From NCBI GenBank assembly GCA_017654855.1, contig CM030337.1:4092001-4156000 (forward strand): 64,000 nt of DNA. Direction: 5' to 3'. The notes under the pieces are model-generated. The model saw only the letters and a program-made list of their open reading frames with translations. It did not search any database and was not told where the DNA came from. Below are positions 49,363 through 63,536 of this stretch, in pieces. Positions within the stretch are counted from its first letter, which is position 1. Each line of letters starts with the position of its first letter. This stretch comes from Podospora anserina. Lineage: Eukaryota. The position numbers and the translations under genes are program-made.

Positions 49363-49994
49363 ATTGCGCCGTTTCTTTTGCATTTTTGGCTCTGCTCTTG
49401 ACTCTCAGCTTAAGACCTGTTTCCATTTTGACCTCCAATACGGAGTATCGTCCACATCCAAAGATAAAGCAAAAAGATCAAACAAGTGTGAAATACTCAA
49501 TTTCTCTTCGAAACAGCACTGATCTCGATTGCGGCGGTGTTTTGATTGCAAGACTGCCAGGCCATGGCACAGTGGGGGCTCTTATCAGTCTTTTGGAAAT
49601 GAAGGATTCCAATGATTGTAGGGGCACAGGGGCTCCTCCGATTCTGCATCTGTAGACCGCTCTCTGCACAGAAAACTCTACTGACGTCATTGGCCCTCTT
49701 AAAAGAACAGGGATGCTGACGACGAGTTGGGACTGCGTGCCAAGGAAGAGACAACAGTGCCTCATGCTTCACTGGGCACAACTTCTTCTGAGAAAAGCAG
49801 AGCCAGATATGCTTTCACATATTCTTTTAATTGACTCGCCCTTTTACCTCACTTGAACACGGCTCACAAGCTCAGTTGCTCTGCCGAAACAAAGAACCAC
49901 TCAGCCGGCTCAAAACTGCCCCTTGATTGTACTTGACTCACTAGCTACCTCTCATGTTCACATAAGGGGTTACTCAATCTCACAAACAAACGCT

Positions 49995-51134
49995 ATGGAC
50001 ATCCTCTTATCCCTCCCAATAGCCTCCTACTTCTTCTCTACCTCGGTCACATCATGGTCAACCTCACTCAACCTCCTCTTCTTTTACATGACCTGGTCGA
50101 CCCTGGTGCTCACTCACTCCCCCATCCAAATCGAACTCATCGGCACAACCGCCATCCGCCTCGTCTTTTGGCTGATACCATCCCTCTTATTCCTGCTGTT
50201 CGATAATCTCATCCCCTCCGTCGCCCGAACAATAAAACACAACGGCGCATCCGCCCTGCCACCAACCGACTTCAAAACCCTCTCCAGACTTCTCGCCCTA
50301 GCCCTCTTCAACCTCGCTCTCGAAACCGCTGTTGAAGCTGGCCTGTCCCTCGGCCTCTCCCTCCTCCTCAAACAACCCGTCTTCCGCACCTCCACCACGC
50401 TGCCTCTCCCATGGCAAATAGCCAAGCAACTCGCCCTGCTGTTCACCCTTCGCGAGATACTCACCTACTACACCCACCGCTACTGGCTCCACGGCACACC
50501 CCCTCCCGCCCCGCCATCCACCATCAGCAAAAGGGTCAAGCTCCCCAAGGCACCCAAACCACGCTACCTCCCGTCACTGCACAAATCCTACGCCCATCGA
50601 TACCGCTCCCCTCCCTTTGCCCTCCAAGTCAGAGTCGACCACCCCTTTTCTTTTCTGCTCCACCGTTTCGTGCCAACCTACCTCCCTGCTCTCATCCTGC
50701 GTAATAACCTCCACCTGCTCACGTTTTTTGTGTTTCTCGCCCTCACGACGGCGGAAGAAACACTGTCGCATTCTTCCTACACCATCATCCCGGGCGTGAT
50801 CATGGGTGGGATAACCAGGCGGACGTGTATGCACTACACGGGGAGGAAGCCAGGAAATTACGGGACGTGGGGGGTGTTGGATTGGGTCCATGGGACTGGA
50901 CTGGGGAAGAGGGATGTCTGGGATGATGTAAGGGATGAGGCGTCCAAGCATCAGCTGAGGGAGAGGGGGGAAGATCTGGTGGATGATGCCGGGGGCAAGG
51001 TGGAAAAGGCGTTGAGGAGGAGCAAGAGGAATTTGAACAGGAGTAAAAGCGGGAAGAGGGGGATGAGCAATAAGCGGGGGAAGGGGTGGATGGTGGAGGA
51101 TGAGGATGATTCGGAGGGAGATTGGGTGCCTTGA
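49995..51134 (+). CDS. Sterol desaturase / fatty-acid hydroxylase superfamily membrane protein (degenerate His boxes)
   Basis: TM segments, YYTHRYWLH, LHKSYAH, DHP, HSSY, GNYGTWGVLDWVHGT. Confidence 0.8.
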   Translation: MDILLSLPIASYFFSTSVTSWSTSLNLLFFYMTWSTLVLTHSPIQIELIGTTAIRLVFWLIPSLLFLLFDNLIPSVARTIKHNGASALPPTDFKTLSRLLALALFNLALETAVEAGLSLGLSLLLKQPVFRTSTTLPLPWQIAKQLALLFTLREILTYYTHRYWLHGTPPPAPPSTISKRVKLPKAPKPRYLPSLHKSYAHRYRSPPFALQVRVDHPFSFLLHRFVPTYLPALILRNNLHLLTFFVFLALTTAEETLSHSSYTIIPGVIMGGITRRTCMHYTGRKPGNYGTWGVLDWVHGTGLGKRDVWDDVRDEASKHQLRERGEDLVDDAGGKVEKALRRSKRNLNRSKSGKRGMSNKRGKGWMVEDEDDSEGDWVP

Positions 51135-51379
51135 TTCTTGGATAAGCGACACGCGTAGGTAATCACGGCTGTAAATGAAGAAACGAAGCAATGTATTGAA
51201 CTTGATGACCCATCCGTGTATCCCTTGCATATCCCGCTGTCTGAGTATGGCTCGGTCGATATCAATACAGGTCTAGATCCAATATGTCCCCATGTGTATC
51301 ACCGCCTGTCCCCCCACAAGTAACCCAACGCCGTTCCATGCAAAATTCTTAGCCAACTCCTCGCTGTCCCATCCCCAGC

Positions 51380-53907
51380 TTACGCCCAGCCTTTCTTGTC
51401 CTTGAACCACCGTAACGTCTCGGAGCCAGCCTTGACTCTGATCCCAAATCGTGCATCCAGCACGAAGCCCTCCCATCTGGACACCTTTTCCAGATATTGC
51501 TGACACTCTTCTGTTTTTGCTTTGCGGAAGTCTTCGGGATTGGCCTCTGGCCAGGCCTCGGGATCACAGACCTCCATCCAGGCAACCGATGCCGCCTCGT
51601 AGTGAGCAGCGGCAAGGCAGTAATCGTCCCTCGTTGGACCCTTGAAGATGTTTCTAGTCATCCACATTAGTTTCTGAACAACCTGCAAAGATATCTGATC
51701 CAAACATACCTGTCCATGCTGAGCAAAGGCTCCACGAGAGCCCTTGCCTGCTTCCCCTGACCCAGCTGTCTCAGCAACGCACACTCCGCCAAAGTCGAAA
51801 TAGCAAGCTCATCCTTTTCTTCCTTAATCTTGTCCAGCTTGTCCTTGGGAGCAGTACATCTTTCCCAGCTGAGATAGCCCCTCGCCCTTTCCAGCAAGAG
51901 AGCACCCATCCTCTTTGTTCCATTCCACAGGTAAATCATCTCAATGGCCGGACTGACGGCAATAACGTCGACCAGCTCCATGCCCAAATTCTTCGCCCTG
52001 TCCTCCCACTTCTGCAGCTTCCTGCAAGCAAACACCTCAAAGGGCAGTTGTCTCGCCATAAATCTCTTCTTCCCAGCCACGGTTGGCGCTTTCCTCAGAT
52101 ACTCCTCGGCAAGCTTCTTGTGTTTGGCCAGCTCCGTCTCCAGTACACTCTTCTCCTGCCCCTCAGCCGTCTTGAACTTGTGGAACGCATCTCTGTACAT
52201 CTCCACCTCAGCACACCCAGCAATATAGTAATACAGCGCGTGGCTCCAGTTGTTCAGCTCGACGCATCTCAGAAAGTTGTCCTTCATAGACGGCCAGTCC
52301 ATCACATACATCGATGCCATGCTCAGCTCAAAGTTCATCAAGGCCGCCACCTGGCGCATCTTGCTGTCCATGTTATTCTTGAGCGTCTCAATAGCCTCGT
52401 CGAGTTTCTTCTCGTTGGCGAGCATCCTCGCTTCTTCCAGCTTCCAGAGCCTCGAGTCCGGGTAGCGCTCTCTCATGGCAACCAACAACGCGGCACACTT
52501 CTCCTTGGGGTAGCTGACAGCCTCGAGTTCTGACGAGGCGGCAGAGTCGCCGTCATCGACTTGCTCGAGCTCGTGGTCGGGCGGTAGGATGTCTGCCATG
52601 CCGATAAATGTGTTGTAGTAAGTAAGAAGAAACAAACCAGCCATGGCCCCGTTGATGTTGGGGAACTTGGTGGCCTGCCAAAGCATACGCACTCCACGAT
52701 CCCGGTCACCCTTGAAGCCGATCACATACAAGAGCTTCGAAAAGACAGGCGGAACCATGGAGATGATCAGGAGAAGCACGCCAAAGCACATGTTGGCGCC
52801 GCTGTGGACAAAGATATCCACGGTAGACTTGAACAGCGCCGTATCTGCGCCCGCGGCATTCATTTGCGCCAGCTGCGCGGCGCTCGAAGGCGTCTGCGCG
52901 CCATCTTGTGGTGTGTCGATATCTTTGCCCTTGACAGATGGTGGTCGTGATTGAAGAGGTGTTTGGAAATTTTCCGGTGTTCCGGGAGACGATGACGCCA
53001 GTTTTCCGAGTTTCTCATCCAGTACAGCCGTGTCGTCGGCTTTTGGTTTCGTGCCTGCCCCCTTCTCGTCCGTCTCTTCGGGTATCGGGGTGGGTGGATC
53101 TTCAAGGTCGGCGAATTCGGACTCGTCAAATGTGCCCGGCATGGGATCCTCGGAGAAGCTCGTCCTCCTCCCAGAAGCAGTTCTCCCCGCTGATGGTCGC
53201 GCGGAAGCCTCGGAAGAAACACCATTGACTGAGTCAAGGTACTGCTGTTCGGCCGTCATGATCCCTTCCAACGTGACAAATGCCTTGCGCAGCTTGTAAA
53301 ACCCCTTGATGCCCTCAGTCAAACTCTCATGCATGACGGCAACAACAGCATTCATCAGCTGCGCCTCGGCATGAACAAGTGCAAACTCCGAACCAGGAGG
53401 GTAGATGTTGCTCGTCCCTCCCTCTGCCGGGCCAGTAGGTTTCGCAGCAGACGAATACCAATACCCAGCCGAAGCCGTACCGTTGGCTTTGGCCGCCTCC
53501 TTCTCGGCCTTTGTCTTGTCATCCCAAGCCCTGGCTTCCGTTGCATTCAGCCTAGTTGCGGCCTCGTTCATGATATCCTTTTCGAAACTGAGAATGCTCC
53601 TCATAAACGTCGAAACTCCCATTCCGAGGGCGTGGAAGGTTGAGGAATCTTCCCGCATGCGCAGCCGCACCTCTGCCCCCTCGATATCGTCATTCATTAT
53701 CAGGCCGGCGGCCACCATGGCATCCTCCATGTCCTGAATTTCTTGCTCATTTTCGGAAACGGTTCCCTTTTTCTTCTTGCTACCGAACTTGGCGCCATTG
53801 AGAGAATGGGTGCTTGTCGTGGGACTCGACACTGTACTTGGAGGTTTCGTAGACGATTTGGAGGCTGGGGCAGCAGAGCCGCGGAACCACGATCGAAGGC
53901 CCGACAT
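51380..53907 (-). CDS. IML2: IML2/TTC39-family TPR-like protein; 2 exons
   Basis: [15 protein letters not shown]-like [35 protein letters not shown]. Intron 51654-51709. Confidence 0.88.
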
Positions 53908-54970
53908 GGCGGCGCCAGTGAGGTTGGTGGCGAATACGTCGAGACAGCTTCGAGAAGAAAGTAGCCAAGGCTGAAGAAGTGTGGCTGTCGATATTATTCG
54001 CAGGTCTGCTCGGACTGCAGAGATCAAGAGAAGAGTCCAAGTTATATGCTGTGGAGCAATGCCGTTGAACAACGAAGCGAGAGGAAGAGAAAACCGGCAG
54101 CACCGGTAGTCGCAAGTGGAGAGAAACTGCAAAGAGGATAGAGAATACCTCGAGGCTGTGGAGGGTTTTGTTTCTTTGAGTTCCAAGGCGGGCTGTTGAA
54201 CGTCCCGATCCCTGCGAGCGCCTCCAACGGCGTTAAGGAAACCGCTGACGCAGGCAGGGGGCAGGGAAGAGCCCCGCTACCTCCAGGGCCTTGCGGTACC
54301 CGGAGCCCCAGGTAGCTTGTGGTCGGGTGCCTGGAATGAACTTAACCCCACGGCACCGGTCAGTGAGAGATGACGGCTAGATCGCAGCGCCATTGGGGGT
54401 TTCCGTGTCCATCACGTTCATTAACTATTTGCCAACCGCGCCAATGACATAACCAAGCTTTTGCAAAGATCTGCTTGGCGATGGATGAGATGATGACTGT
54501 AGTGACGTCCATAGGAATTACTGAATACCACACAGCATAGGTACCATCCTTGGCCTACCCCGATCCCCTTGCTATCTCCCGTCCATATTGTGCCTGGAAA
54601 ATAAACACAAAACTCTCCGAACCCAGAAGTAAACCCCCAGACACAGCCTGACTCGTCAGCGCTACACAGTCGTTTAGAATCAAAAGTGACGTGAGCGGCG
54701 GCTGTGCTCTTATCTAATCATTTCCCCGCTGGTCTGTGCTTCTGTTGCTCCGCCTTTTCGAGCTGATCCTTGTCCCTCCCGGGCGGCCCAGGCATCACAA
54801 GGCAATCGCAATCCCCAGTCTGGGCACCAAGCGCAAGCAACAGCCGCCCGCCGCCGGCTTTACTCTGTACATCAACAACGCCTCCGATCCCCCCTCCAAC
54901 TCAACCGACTTCCCCTCCTGAAACCAGATACGACCCAGATCCTACCCACACCACAACCACTCACATCAAA

Positions 54971-55373
54971 ATGGCCACCTCCAAAGCCCCCTCTGCGGAC
55001 CCCAAGTCCAGCTCCGACCTCCCCGCCGAGCAGCCCCAACAGCAAAAGCAGCAGACCCTCGAGGAGGATGACGAGTTTGAGGACTTCCCTGTCGATGGTA
55101 CAACCCCCTTTCTTGCTGCCATATCCACAACAGGACAACTAATCCGGGTCATGGGGAAACAGACTGGCAAGCGGATGACACAGAAGCCACCCAGAACCAG
55201 CAGCCACAGCATCTCTGGGAGGAGTCCTGGGACGACGATGACACGACAGATGATTTTTCCAACCAACTCAAGTACGCGTTTTCTCCTACAGCCTACGATG
55301 CAATGGAACTAATACGAAACAACCAAACAGGGAGGAGCTTAAAAGGGTCGAGGCGTCCAAGAACAAACGGTGA
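54971..55373 (+). CDS. SEM1: 26S proteasome subunit DSS1/SEM1; 3 exons
   Basis: LEEDDEFEDFPVDDW..HLWEESWDDDD..DDFSNQLKEEL. Introns 55098-55162 and 55272-55330. Confidence 0.95.
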
Positions 55374-55697
55374 TTCGATTTGGCGAGCAAACACCGAGTC
55401 ATCAAGGGGAAGGGACATCGAGAAAATATAATTATGATTATTGTCACATAAATATGAAGGCCATTTCATGTTCGACGCGCCACTCTCATGGACATTAGAG
55501 GTACGCCCAAGGAAATAGACAAAGGACAGGAAATACACCAGCCACGCCGCGTGACGTTAGGGCCTGGTTGATACAAACTAATAAACTTCCGTCTTGCCAA
55601 AAGAAATGCTCAGTTGCTCTATCTAGGTATTGCGATTCAGGTATTTGCGACACTAAAGACTACAGAAACTCCGTAATTTTCCCACACGGCCCATGAT

Positions 55698-57076
55698 CTA
55701 CTTGCGCTCGCTCAGCGCCGTGACACCGGGCAGCTCCTTGCCCTCGAGAAGCTCCAAGCTGGCACCACCACCAGTCGAGACGTGGCTGAGCTTGTCCTCG
55801 ACACCATACTTGGCCGCAACAGTGGCGGTGTCACCACCACCAATGATGACGACCTTGCCGTTCTGGGCAGCGTCTACCGCAGCATCAAGGGTAGCCTTGG
55901 TGCCGTTGGCAAACTTGTCGAACTCGAACACGCCAGCGGGGCCGTTCCAGAGGATGGTCTGGGCCTCATCGATGGCCTGCTTGTAGAGCTTGACGGACTC
56001 CTCGCCGCAGTCAAGACCCATCCAGCCATCGGGGATGCCCTCAGAGTCGGTAGCCTTGCCAGTGTTGGCGTCCTTGTCAAACTTGTCGGCAGTGATGTAG
56101 TCGACGGGGAGGACAACCTTGACGTTGTTCTTCTTGGCCTTCTCCATCAGGTCACCAACAGTCTTGGAGCCAGCCTCGTCAAAGAGGGAGTTGCCAATGG
56201 GGACATTGTAGAGGGTCTTCTTGAAGGTGAAAGCCATGCCACCGCACACAATGAGTGTGTTGACCTTCTCGAGGAGGTTGTCGATGAGCTGGATCTTGTC
56301 AGAGACCTTGGCACCACCAAGGATGGCGAGGAATGGTCTCTTGGGGTTCTCGAGAGCCTGGGCAAAGTAGTCAAGCTCCTTCTTCATGAGGAAACCGGCA
56401 GCCTTTTGGGGAAGGTCGACGCCAACCATGGAGGAGTGGGCGCGATGGGCAGTGCCGAAGGCATCGTCTGATGGCCGTTAGCAATCAGATCATGTAGAGC
56501 AGTCAGGATAGTTCAACTTACTGACGTAGATGTCACCGAGCTTGGTGAGCCCCTTGCGGAACTCGTCAACCTTGGCCTTGTCGGCCTTGACCTTGTTGCC
56601 CTCGGCATCGACACCCTTGCCCTCCTCCTCAACGTGGAAGCGGAGGTTCTCGAGAAGGACGACGTCTCCGTTATCGGCCTTGTTGACAATCTCCTCCACC
56701 TCGGGACCAACGCAGTCGGGGGCGAAAGTGACCTTCTTGCCGAGCTGCTTCTCAAGCTCGGGGAGGACGGGCTTCAGGGAGTACTTGGGGTTGACCTGGC
56801 CGTTGGGGCGGCCGAGATGGGACATGAGGATGACGGCCTTGGCGCCATGGTCGACGGCATACTTGATGGTGGGGATGGCACCGACGATACGCTGGGGGTT
56901 GGTGACGTTCTTGTCGGCGTCAAGGGGGACGTTGAAGTCGACCTGAGATGAGAAGCCAATGGTTAGTTTACAGATCGGATGGGCGGGATCTCAGGGAGCC
57001 AAAGACATACGCGGATGAGGACGCGCTTGCCCTTGAGGTCAACGTCCTCGATGGAGAGCTTGTTGGCGAGAGACAT
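55698..57076 (-). CDS. PGK1: Phosphoglycerate kinase; 3 exons
   Basis: [57 protein letters not shown]. Introns 56943-57010 and 56468-56521. Confidence 0.98.
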
Positions 57077-57970
57077 GTTGACTAGCAATTGACGAACTGA
57101 CAGTCTATGGGAGAGTGGATAGAGTGGGCGAATGATGCTTATCACGGAGACTTGAGGAAACAGACGAAAAAAAGACGCAGGCAGGTGAGAGCTGGGCTGA
57201 TGTTCCAAGACCGGGGTGCAGGGTGGGAGACGGGCAAAGCTGGAGGGGTAGAGGGGTAAAAAGCTAGTGTGGGGTCATGCTAGAGCTGGTTGTGACGTCG
57301 ACGGTTGGTTGGCTGTCTTTGCCCATCCGGTCTCGCTTCCGCCTTATACTCCTTCAATATACGGAAATTGTTGAGCAACGGAAAGCTCGAGTTTCACAAA
57401 ATGACAACTGCCTTAGTTAACGGTTGCGAAGGGGAAAAGAGAGAGACCTGGATGACTGTTCTTGACGGGCACCTCATACTCGCCAGGGTCAAACGCTCCT
57501 TAGGATATCCGGTCTTCCTGCTTACACCGTGATGCCTCATGATGTGCAGATGTCCGGTTCTACACAGCCAATTCGTTTTGCTGTCAGCTGAAGCTTCTCG
57601 CTACAAATGAACAGACCAAGGCTAGCAGTGCTTCGTCAACTTCAGTGCCGGATATAAGCTGAACTGGATTCATAAACCATGTCAAAACAGACCATCTATA
57701 AAGCCAGAAACGAGAGGTCTAATAAGGTCCTCAACTCCGTGCGCCGCCAGCCATGGCAAAGTCTACCGCCAAGCCGATCCCAACGTCATCCCATGTATGT
57801 CCCAACCCATGCAGAAAGATGCTGTGGTGTAAGAGAAAAGTAGAAACAAACCCCCTTATACCAATTCCCTACACGTAATACAATCTGGTGCTGTCGCCTC
57901 GTGTTCCGTCCGTTAGTGTATCCTGTATGTCTTGTAGCAGTCATGATAATGGCCGCCGTCGTCGTCGTAA

Positions 57971-59127
57971 TCATCTCGGCAGGCTCTCCAGTTCCGTATT
58001 ATCCGGCTTGCTTGCCGGCTGCACGTTCTCGGCAGCATTTGTCAGAGACAGATACGCAGTCCAGGCGATACCAACCGTGGATACGAAAGGCTGTTGACAA
58101 CATTAGCTGACTCCCAACAAACACAAGGTAGACTACAGTCAACTTACGAGCTGGAACTGCACCGGCATCAACCGAAAGTTGACAACCTGCACCGCAGGCC
58201 ACAAAATGTAGTTCGCCTTCAACGTAGGAAAGTACATGTCCTTCATCTTCTGGGAGACCCCATTGGTACCGCCACCCTCGGCCAGTGTCATGGCCGTGAA
58301 GAAGGCCGCCACGCCAAACGGCGCAAAGACCAGCTGATCACACGCCACCCGCTTCATCGCCGGAACAAATGCGCTGGCTTTGGTCAAAGGAAACGTGCTC
58401 TCGAGAAACTTGAACCACCGAAATTGTACGGGTGCCATGCAGAAGCCGTAGGCCATAAAGCGGGTCAAGCGCTCAAAGTCGAAGGGGGGTGGGAGGGCTT
58501 TGGAGTCGGGGATGAGGTCGCGGTCGCTCAGGGGGTTCTTGCGGTCGAGTTCGTGAATTTCGATGGCAGCCGCGTCTTCTCGAGCGTCGAGGCCATAGGG
58601 GTGCTTGCGAACAGCGCGCTGACGAATCGCCGTGATGGACTGGGCGACCGTATCGGCTATGCCACCCAGGATGGCGTTGCTCACCATCATGGTGAGAACT
58701 TGAAACAAAACTGTCAGCATGTTTTTAAAGGAGTCATCAGGATGATGGAAGAATCACGTACTCGGTCGTTCCTCGTAGTAGCCATTAAAACGGCTGGTAA
58801 GTCGTGCGAAGAGAGCCATCTCGATACAGAAGATGATTGTGTGTAGTAAAGGCTGGTGGTTGAGGCATTCCAGTCAGTGATTATTCGACACACGCAATGA
58901 TAAAGAAAAGACGCCGAAAAATGCAGGTGCCAAGACAGAACAAATCGATGTCGCCAATGCTGAAGCCGTTGATGCTGATAGATAGTGGCATGGACCCGCG
59001 ACACAGCACTCAGGTGCCGCCAAGAAACCCCAACATGGTGAAAGAAAGGGATACTTACCACTGTCCCATAGATGAATCTAGAGTTGAGGGAGCGAAGCCA
59101 GCGCCTACGATTTAGTTCCCAAGTCAT
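57971..59127 (-). CDS. Mpv17/PMP22-family membrane protein (SYM1-like); 4 exons
   Basis: GGIADTVAQ, FDFERLTRF, KRVACDQ, WPAVQVVNF..P, last exon PFVSTVGIAWTAYLS; canonical introns join the pieces. Confidence 0.88.
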
Positions 59128-59691
59128 CTCGGAAGAAAAAGTAGTTGTAGTAGTCCATCCAACGGGGTCGCTGATGATATCAGATGCAAAGAGGGACGCT
59201 TCAAGATTCATTGTGCCCTGTTCCCGTCTGTTGGCCAGCGGGCCAAGCCAGCGCCCAGTGCACCTCTATGACGACACTGGGTGGCACAGGGGACGCCCCC
59301 CCAGCACTGCCAGTCTGCTGGCAGCTAGCTTATCTCCAGCGGGCGATAAGGACGGGAAGTGTCTTGCTGCCTGTCCACTGATTTGACTTCCAGCGTGTGA
59401 GGTGAGTTCAAGCAAGCAATGAACGATGACTATAGGTATCTCGGGTGCAAGCCCATTCAGCAAATCAACTAGGGATGGGATGTGAAAATATTTATTTCTC
59501 GTCAAAGAATCTAGACCCCTATTCCCCCACGCACCCGACCGTCTGTCACTTTAGCCGCAGCTCAATTCAGCCCCGTCCCGCCTCACCACCACTCCACTGT
59601 TTACATTGAGGCTACACCACATTCATTCACCCCAAACATCGGCACCAAGATTAACCTCCCGTCAAGATATTACTTCCGCATCTCGCCTCGC

Positions 59692-61449
59692 TCAATCCGT
59701 CGTCTCCAGGCCGCTCGAAACCCAGTTTTGACAAACTCTTCTCATCTCCGCATCCTCGCCACTTCCATAGACGCCCTGAATCGAGCTAGGGCTCCCTTCC
59801 ACCAAAGTGAGGGCAAACCCCTGATGTATATGCCACTGGATATGGCAGTGGAGTAACCAACTGCCTGGGTTGTCTGTCTGGAACGCCAACACCACATACC
59901 CGCTCTGCGGTAGATTGAACGTGTCCCTCCTCGGCGGACTCTCAAGGTCCAGGCTCGTCAGGAGCTCCACATACGGCCCTGTTCCTCTGGCTAGAACATA
60001 CGTGTCATGGCCATGAAGATGCAGAGGGTGAGGCAGTGGAGCAAGTGACTCGACGATGAGATACACCCATGACGAGGGAGCCAAAGACGTCAGGTCGATG
60101 GGATTGAAGTCGGCTGTGAGGTTGACAGCCGCGGTATCAATAACTTGCTTCACAACGGGATTGTTCTTGGGCGGGCGGTACGGCTCAGAACCGCCTACTC
60201 GCCATCTCACTGCGTAGTTGTCGCCCTGGCTGGGGAGGAGCACAGCGTTAAAGTTCTGAGTGAGGGCAGATGGGCCGACCGAATGAGTAATATGAGGCAC
60301 CAAGTTGGAGAGGTCTTCGTCCGCGCAAGTGTCGAGCATCAACCACGAGGTACTTGTTGGGTCGCCTGTGACGGGGGTATCGGATTCGTACCGGACAATG
60401 GCCCGAATATCGGTTGACATGAGGTTGATGGCGAAACAGCTCGTCATGGGAACACCTCGAGCCCAGTACGCAACGTCGGGAGACTGGTCGGCTTCGATGA
60501 TGACATCGTAGCGCTGGCCGATGGCGATGAGGAGTGTATCGGTTTCGAAAGGCTGGATGGGGATGAAATCCATGGCTACCACGGTCATGCGGTGCTGGTC
60601 GACTGCGAAGCGAAAGATCATCTCTGAGCCGGTGTTGACGAGGCGCAAAAGGTGCTTCTTGCCAGGGGTAAAGGTGAACTCAGCACGGCTGCCGGTGCCG
60701 GTCAAGTACGCGTTCTTGCCATTCATCAGACCATTCACAGCAACCGGGGGGATGCCGATGAGGCTGGTCAGGGGTTCGTCTGCCAGATCAAAGACTGATT
60801 CGTGATAGTGATCGGTGATGAGCAGAGGCCCGAGGTCAATATCCCAGTTGGCCGTGGTAGGCCCGTGGATCACAATGGCTCCAAGCAACCCATCGCCATA
60901 TTGCAACGAATAGTGGGAGTGGTACCAGCTGGAGCCGTGCTGGGTGGCTTTGAAGCGGTAGGTGTGGCAGTCACCTGGCGCAATAGGGCATTCGGTCTGA
61001 GAGACAGCACCATCGGCATGGTTGGTGTTCAAATGACGCACGCCGTGAAAGTGAATGCTGGTCCCGTTCTGGGACAAGTTGTTGCAGACTTCGACTTGGA
61101 CGCTGTCGCCCCAGTTTGCTTCAATGGTAGGTCCTGGATACTGTCCATTGACAACCATCATGACTTTCTCGACTCCATCTGGCGCAAGGGTTGCCAGGCC
61201 GACATCAAACGAGTACTGCTCTTGTCAACAAAAGTATCGAGACAGTTCCAAGTATTGTTGACTTACAGAGCGGGTCACGCCTGTGTCAGGCCATGTATAA
61301 GTCACGTCGTCGTCGATGCTAAAGTCACCCCAGCAGTTCCTCGCGGTCGGGCCATTCGCGCAACTCTGTCTCTTGGTGTGCTCGAGAGGGACAGCAACCG
61401 TCCAAGTGGCCCAGCCGAGGAAGGTTCCGAAAAAGAAGCTGAACCTCAT
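59692..61449 (-). CDS. Secreted laccase-type multicopper oxidase (AA1); 2 exons
   Basis: Copper motifs HFHG, WYHSH, HPLHLHGH, HCHIQWHIHQGF; signal peptide and KR site. Intron 61216-61266. Confidence 0.95.
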
Positions 61450-63536
61450 CTTGTTCAGTTCTGAAGATTTCAAGGCTTGGTGTTGTTGACCCGCAGCTTG
61501 AAGACGAATAAACTATCCATCGTCGCCCTTTTATTTTCAGACCGTCCTATACAAGTCTAGGTAGCTGCTCAACCTTGACAGTAATGATGTCGTCGTGCAG
61601 CCCGAACCACAAGTCCAAACGATAAGGCACGGTCTGTAGAGAGCTCAAAGGCATGACTTCTACGCAACTGTACAGCATCTGGTTGTATTTCACGGCTCCC
61701 AGGGGCACAAACAACCCCCTTCTCGGTCTTGGCTCCGGCCGAAGTGGTTGAGTCTTCTTTCAGCTGTACGACAGAGAAAGAAAGAAGCCGTTTCTGATTG
61801 CAACTCTGAATGGTAGCCTTCGCGATGCCTTTTTCAGCACTATTTAGCTGAAGGCTCGTGGTGTTGCCTCACTCAGGGCAGTGATCTACAGACGGGAGAG
61901 AAAGTGTAACACTTTATTGGCTAGAGCCATTCGCCGAGACGGGCTGTCAAATCTGCACAGACGGCCATGAAAACCTGTTTCTGCTGCCGCCTTTACCAAA
62001 AATGATCCCTCCATCCCACTTGACAGTATGAATTCAAAAGGGTAAGGTGGTAGTGAAAAGGGAATGGAGGCACGTGGCGAGGCAGAGAGCATGAGAAGTA
62101 GCTGTAAATGTGCCGCCCTTCGGGGGGGTTGCAGAAACCGGAGCCGATGGCGATTATCCGTGCCGAATCTCAGGGACCAGCTTCAGATTAAGCATAGGAA
62201 ACGCCACAAGTGCTACACTGATCATCAGTGAGCAAAGTCCACTGATAATGCGCCGATGATGGCTAACGGGATGTATCTTGTACGTTTCTCAACTCTCTAT
62301 CTCATAAAGATGTGATTCCCACGATATCTGTGGTAGAACTGTTTTTCACAAGGGAAAATGAGACACAAGCATTGCTTTCAAACGCAACAAGCCTGCTTTT
62401 AAGCCTGTCATTCGTTTGGTGATTGTTGGCGAAAATCATCTCATCGACTCACCTAAACCTCCATCAATAGGTAAAGTACTCAACAGTAGATACCTACAAG
62501 CCAAGTCACTCACAAGTTATTAGAGAAAGATATGACGATGGCTATCTACTTGACTTTCGTCCACACTTATAGCTGGGTGACCTTCTGAGAGATAATGCGG
62601 GTTAGGGTTACCCCTGAGCCCCTATTCCGCCCTTTTATTTCCTCAAGAACCCCCACCCACCACACCGTGGTCACACCGTCCCCACCCCGCCCCATCTCAC
62701 CGAACCCAGCAAACGCCCATCTCATAATTTTCGAAGAATCCCATTCCCTTCTGACAAACATCCTTATCATCGTTGGTCGTAAACCCCCAAAATGCCGTCA
62801 TCTGCCTTTACAACCTCGAGAAGTGTCCTGCACCCGTGATTGGCTGCTTCGCCATCGCTCCTAAAAGCACGCCATACCCCTGTCGGTCATCTCGCCTGGA
62901 CGTCTGGGTCATCCCCACAGCTGTGGTGAAACCTGTCCCGTCTTGTGGACGGGAGTTTCGACGTCTGGGTTTTGGGTTTTGAGGGATGAAAGAACATTCG
63001 GAGCTTTGCCGTTGGATTCTCCCGTCCAAGGATTCATCAGTATCCAAGCCAAGCGGTAGGGGTGGGAATGATAACTGGCGTATAGACACGCACACACACA
63101 CCGATGTTGGTTGGGTCTCCTCTTGGGGCGTTATTCCATTGAATGGGCACACATACGCACACACACTTCACCACCCGGTGGCAGAGAGATAACCCCCGCG
63201 GCGCGCCGTATCGGTCCCGCGCCCGCCGCTTGTCTCAAATTACGCCTTGGGATGGTTCCGATGAGATCAGGATCGGGCACCGGCATTACACCAGTCGATG
63301 ATGCAGATGACTGGGCAGAAGACTGGCACCAGCCTGGCGGTGGTGGTGGTGCCAATGGTGGTGCCAATGGTGTCAGTGAGGAGGCAGGTGGTGCTATAAG
63401 GTATGTGTGTACTTTTGTATCCCGCCTTCCCTTCTCATGGTGTTATCTTTCTTTTTTTCTTTTGGCTAGTTTTAGTTTTTGTTTTCATCAACCCAGTGGG
63501 ATGACTGGAATGTGAGTTTGAGACTTAACACACACA

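Noticed and set aside
55782-56951. Long antisense ORFs over PGK (and similar shadows over tyrosinase, permease and IML2)
   Set aside because: Expected by-product of strong codon bias in the sense gene.
54500-57300. Several TGACGT (ATF/CREB-like) motifs near the SEM1 and PGK promoters
   Set aside because: A 6-bp motif with no way to show enrichment or binding from sequence alone.
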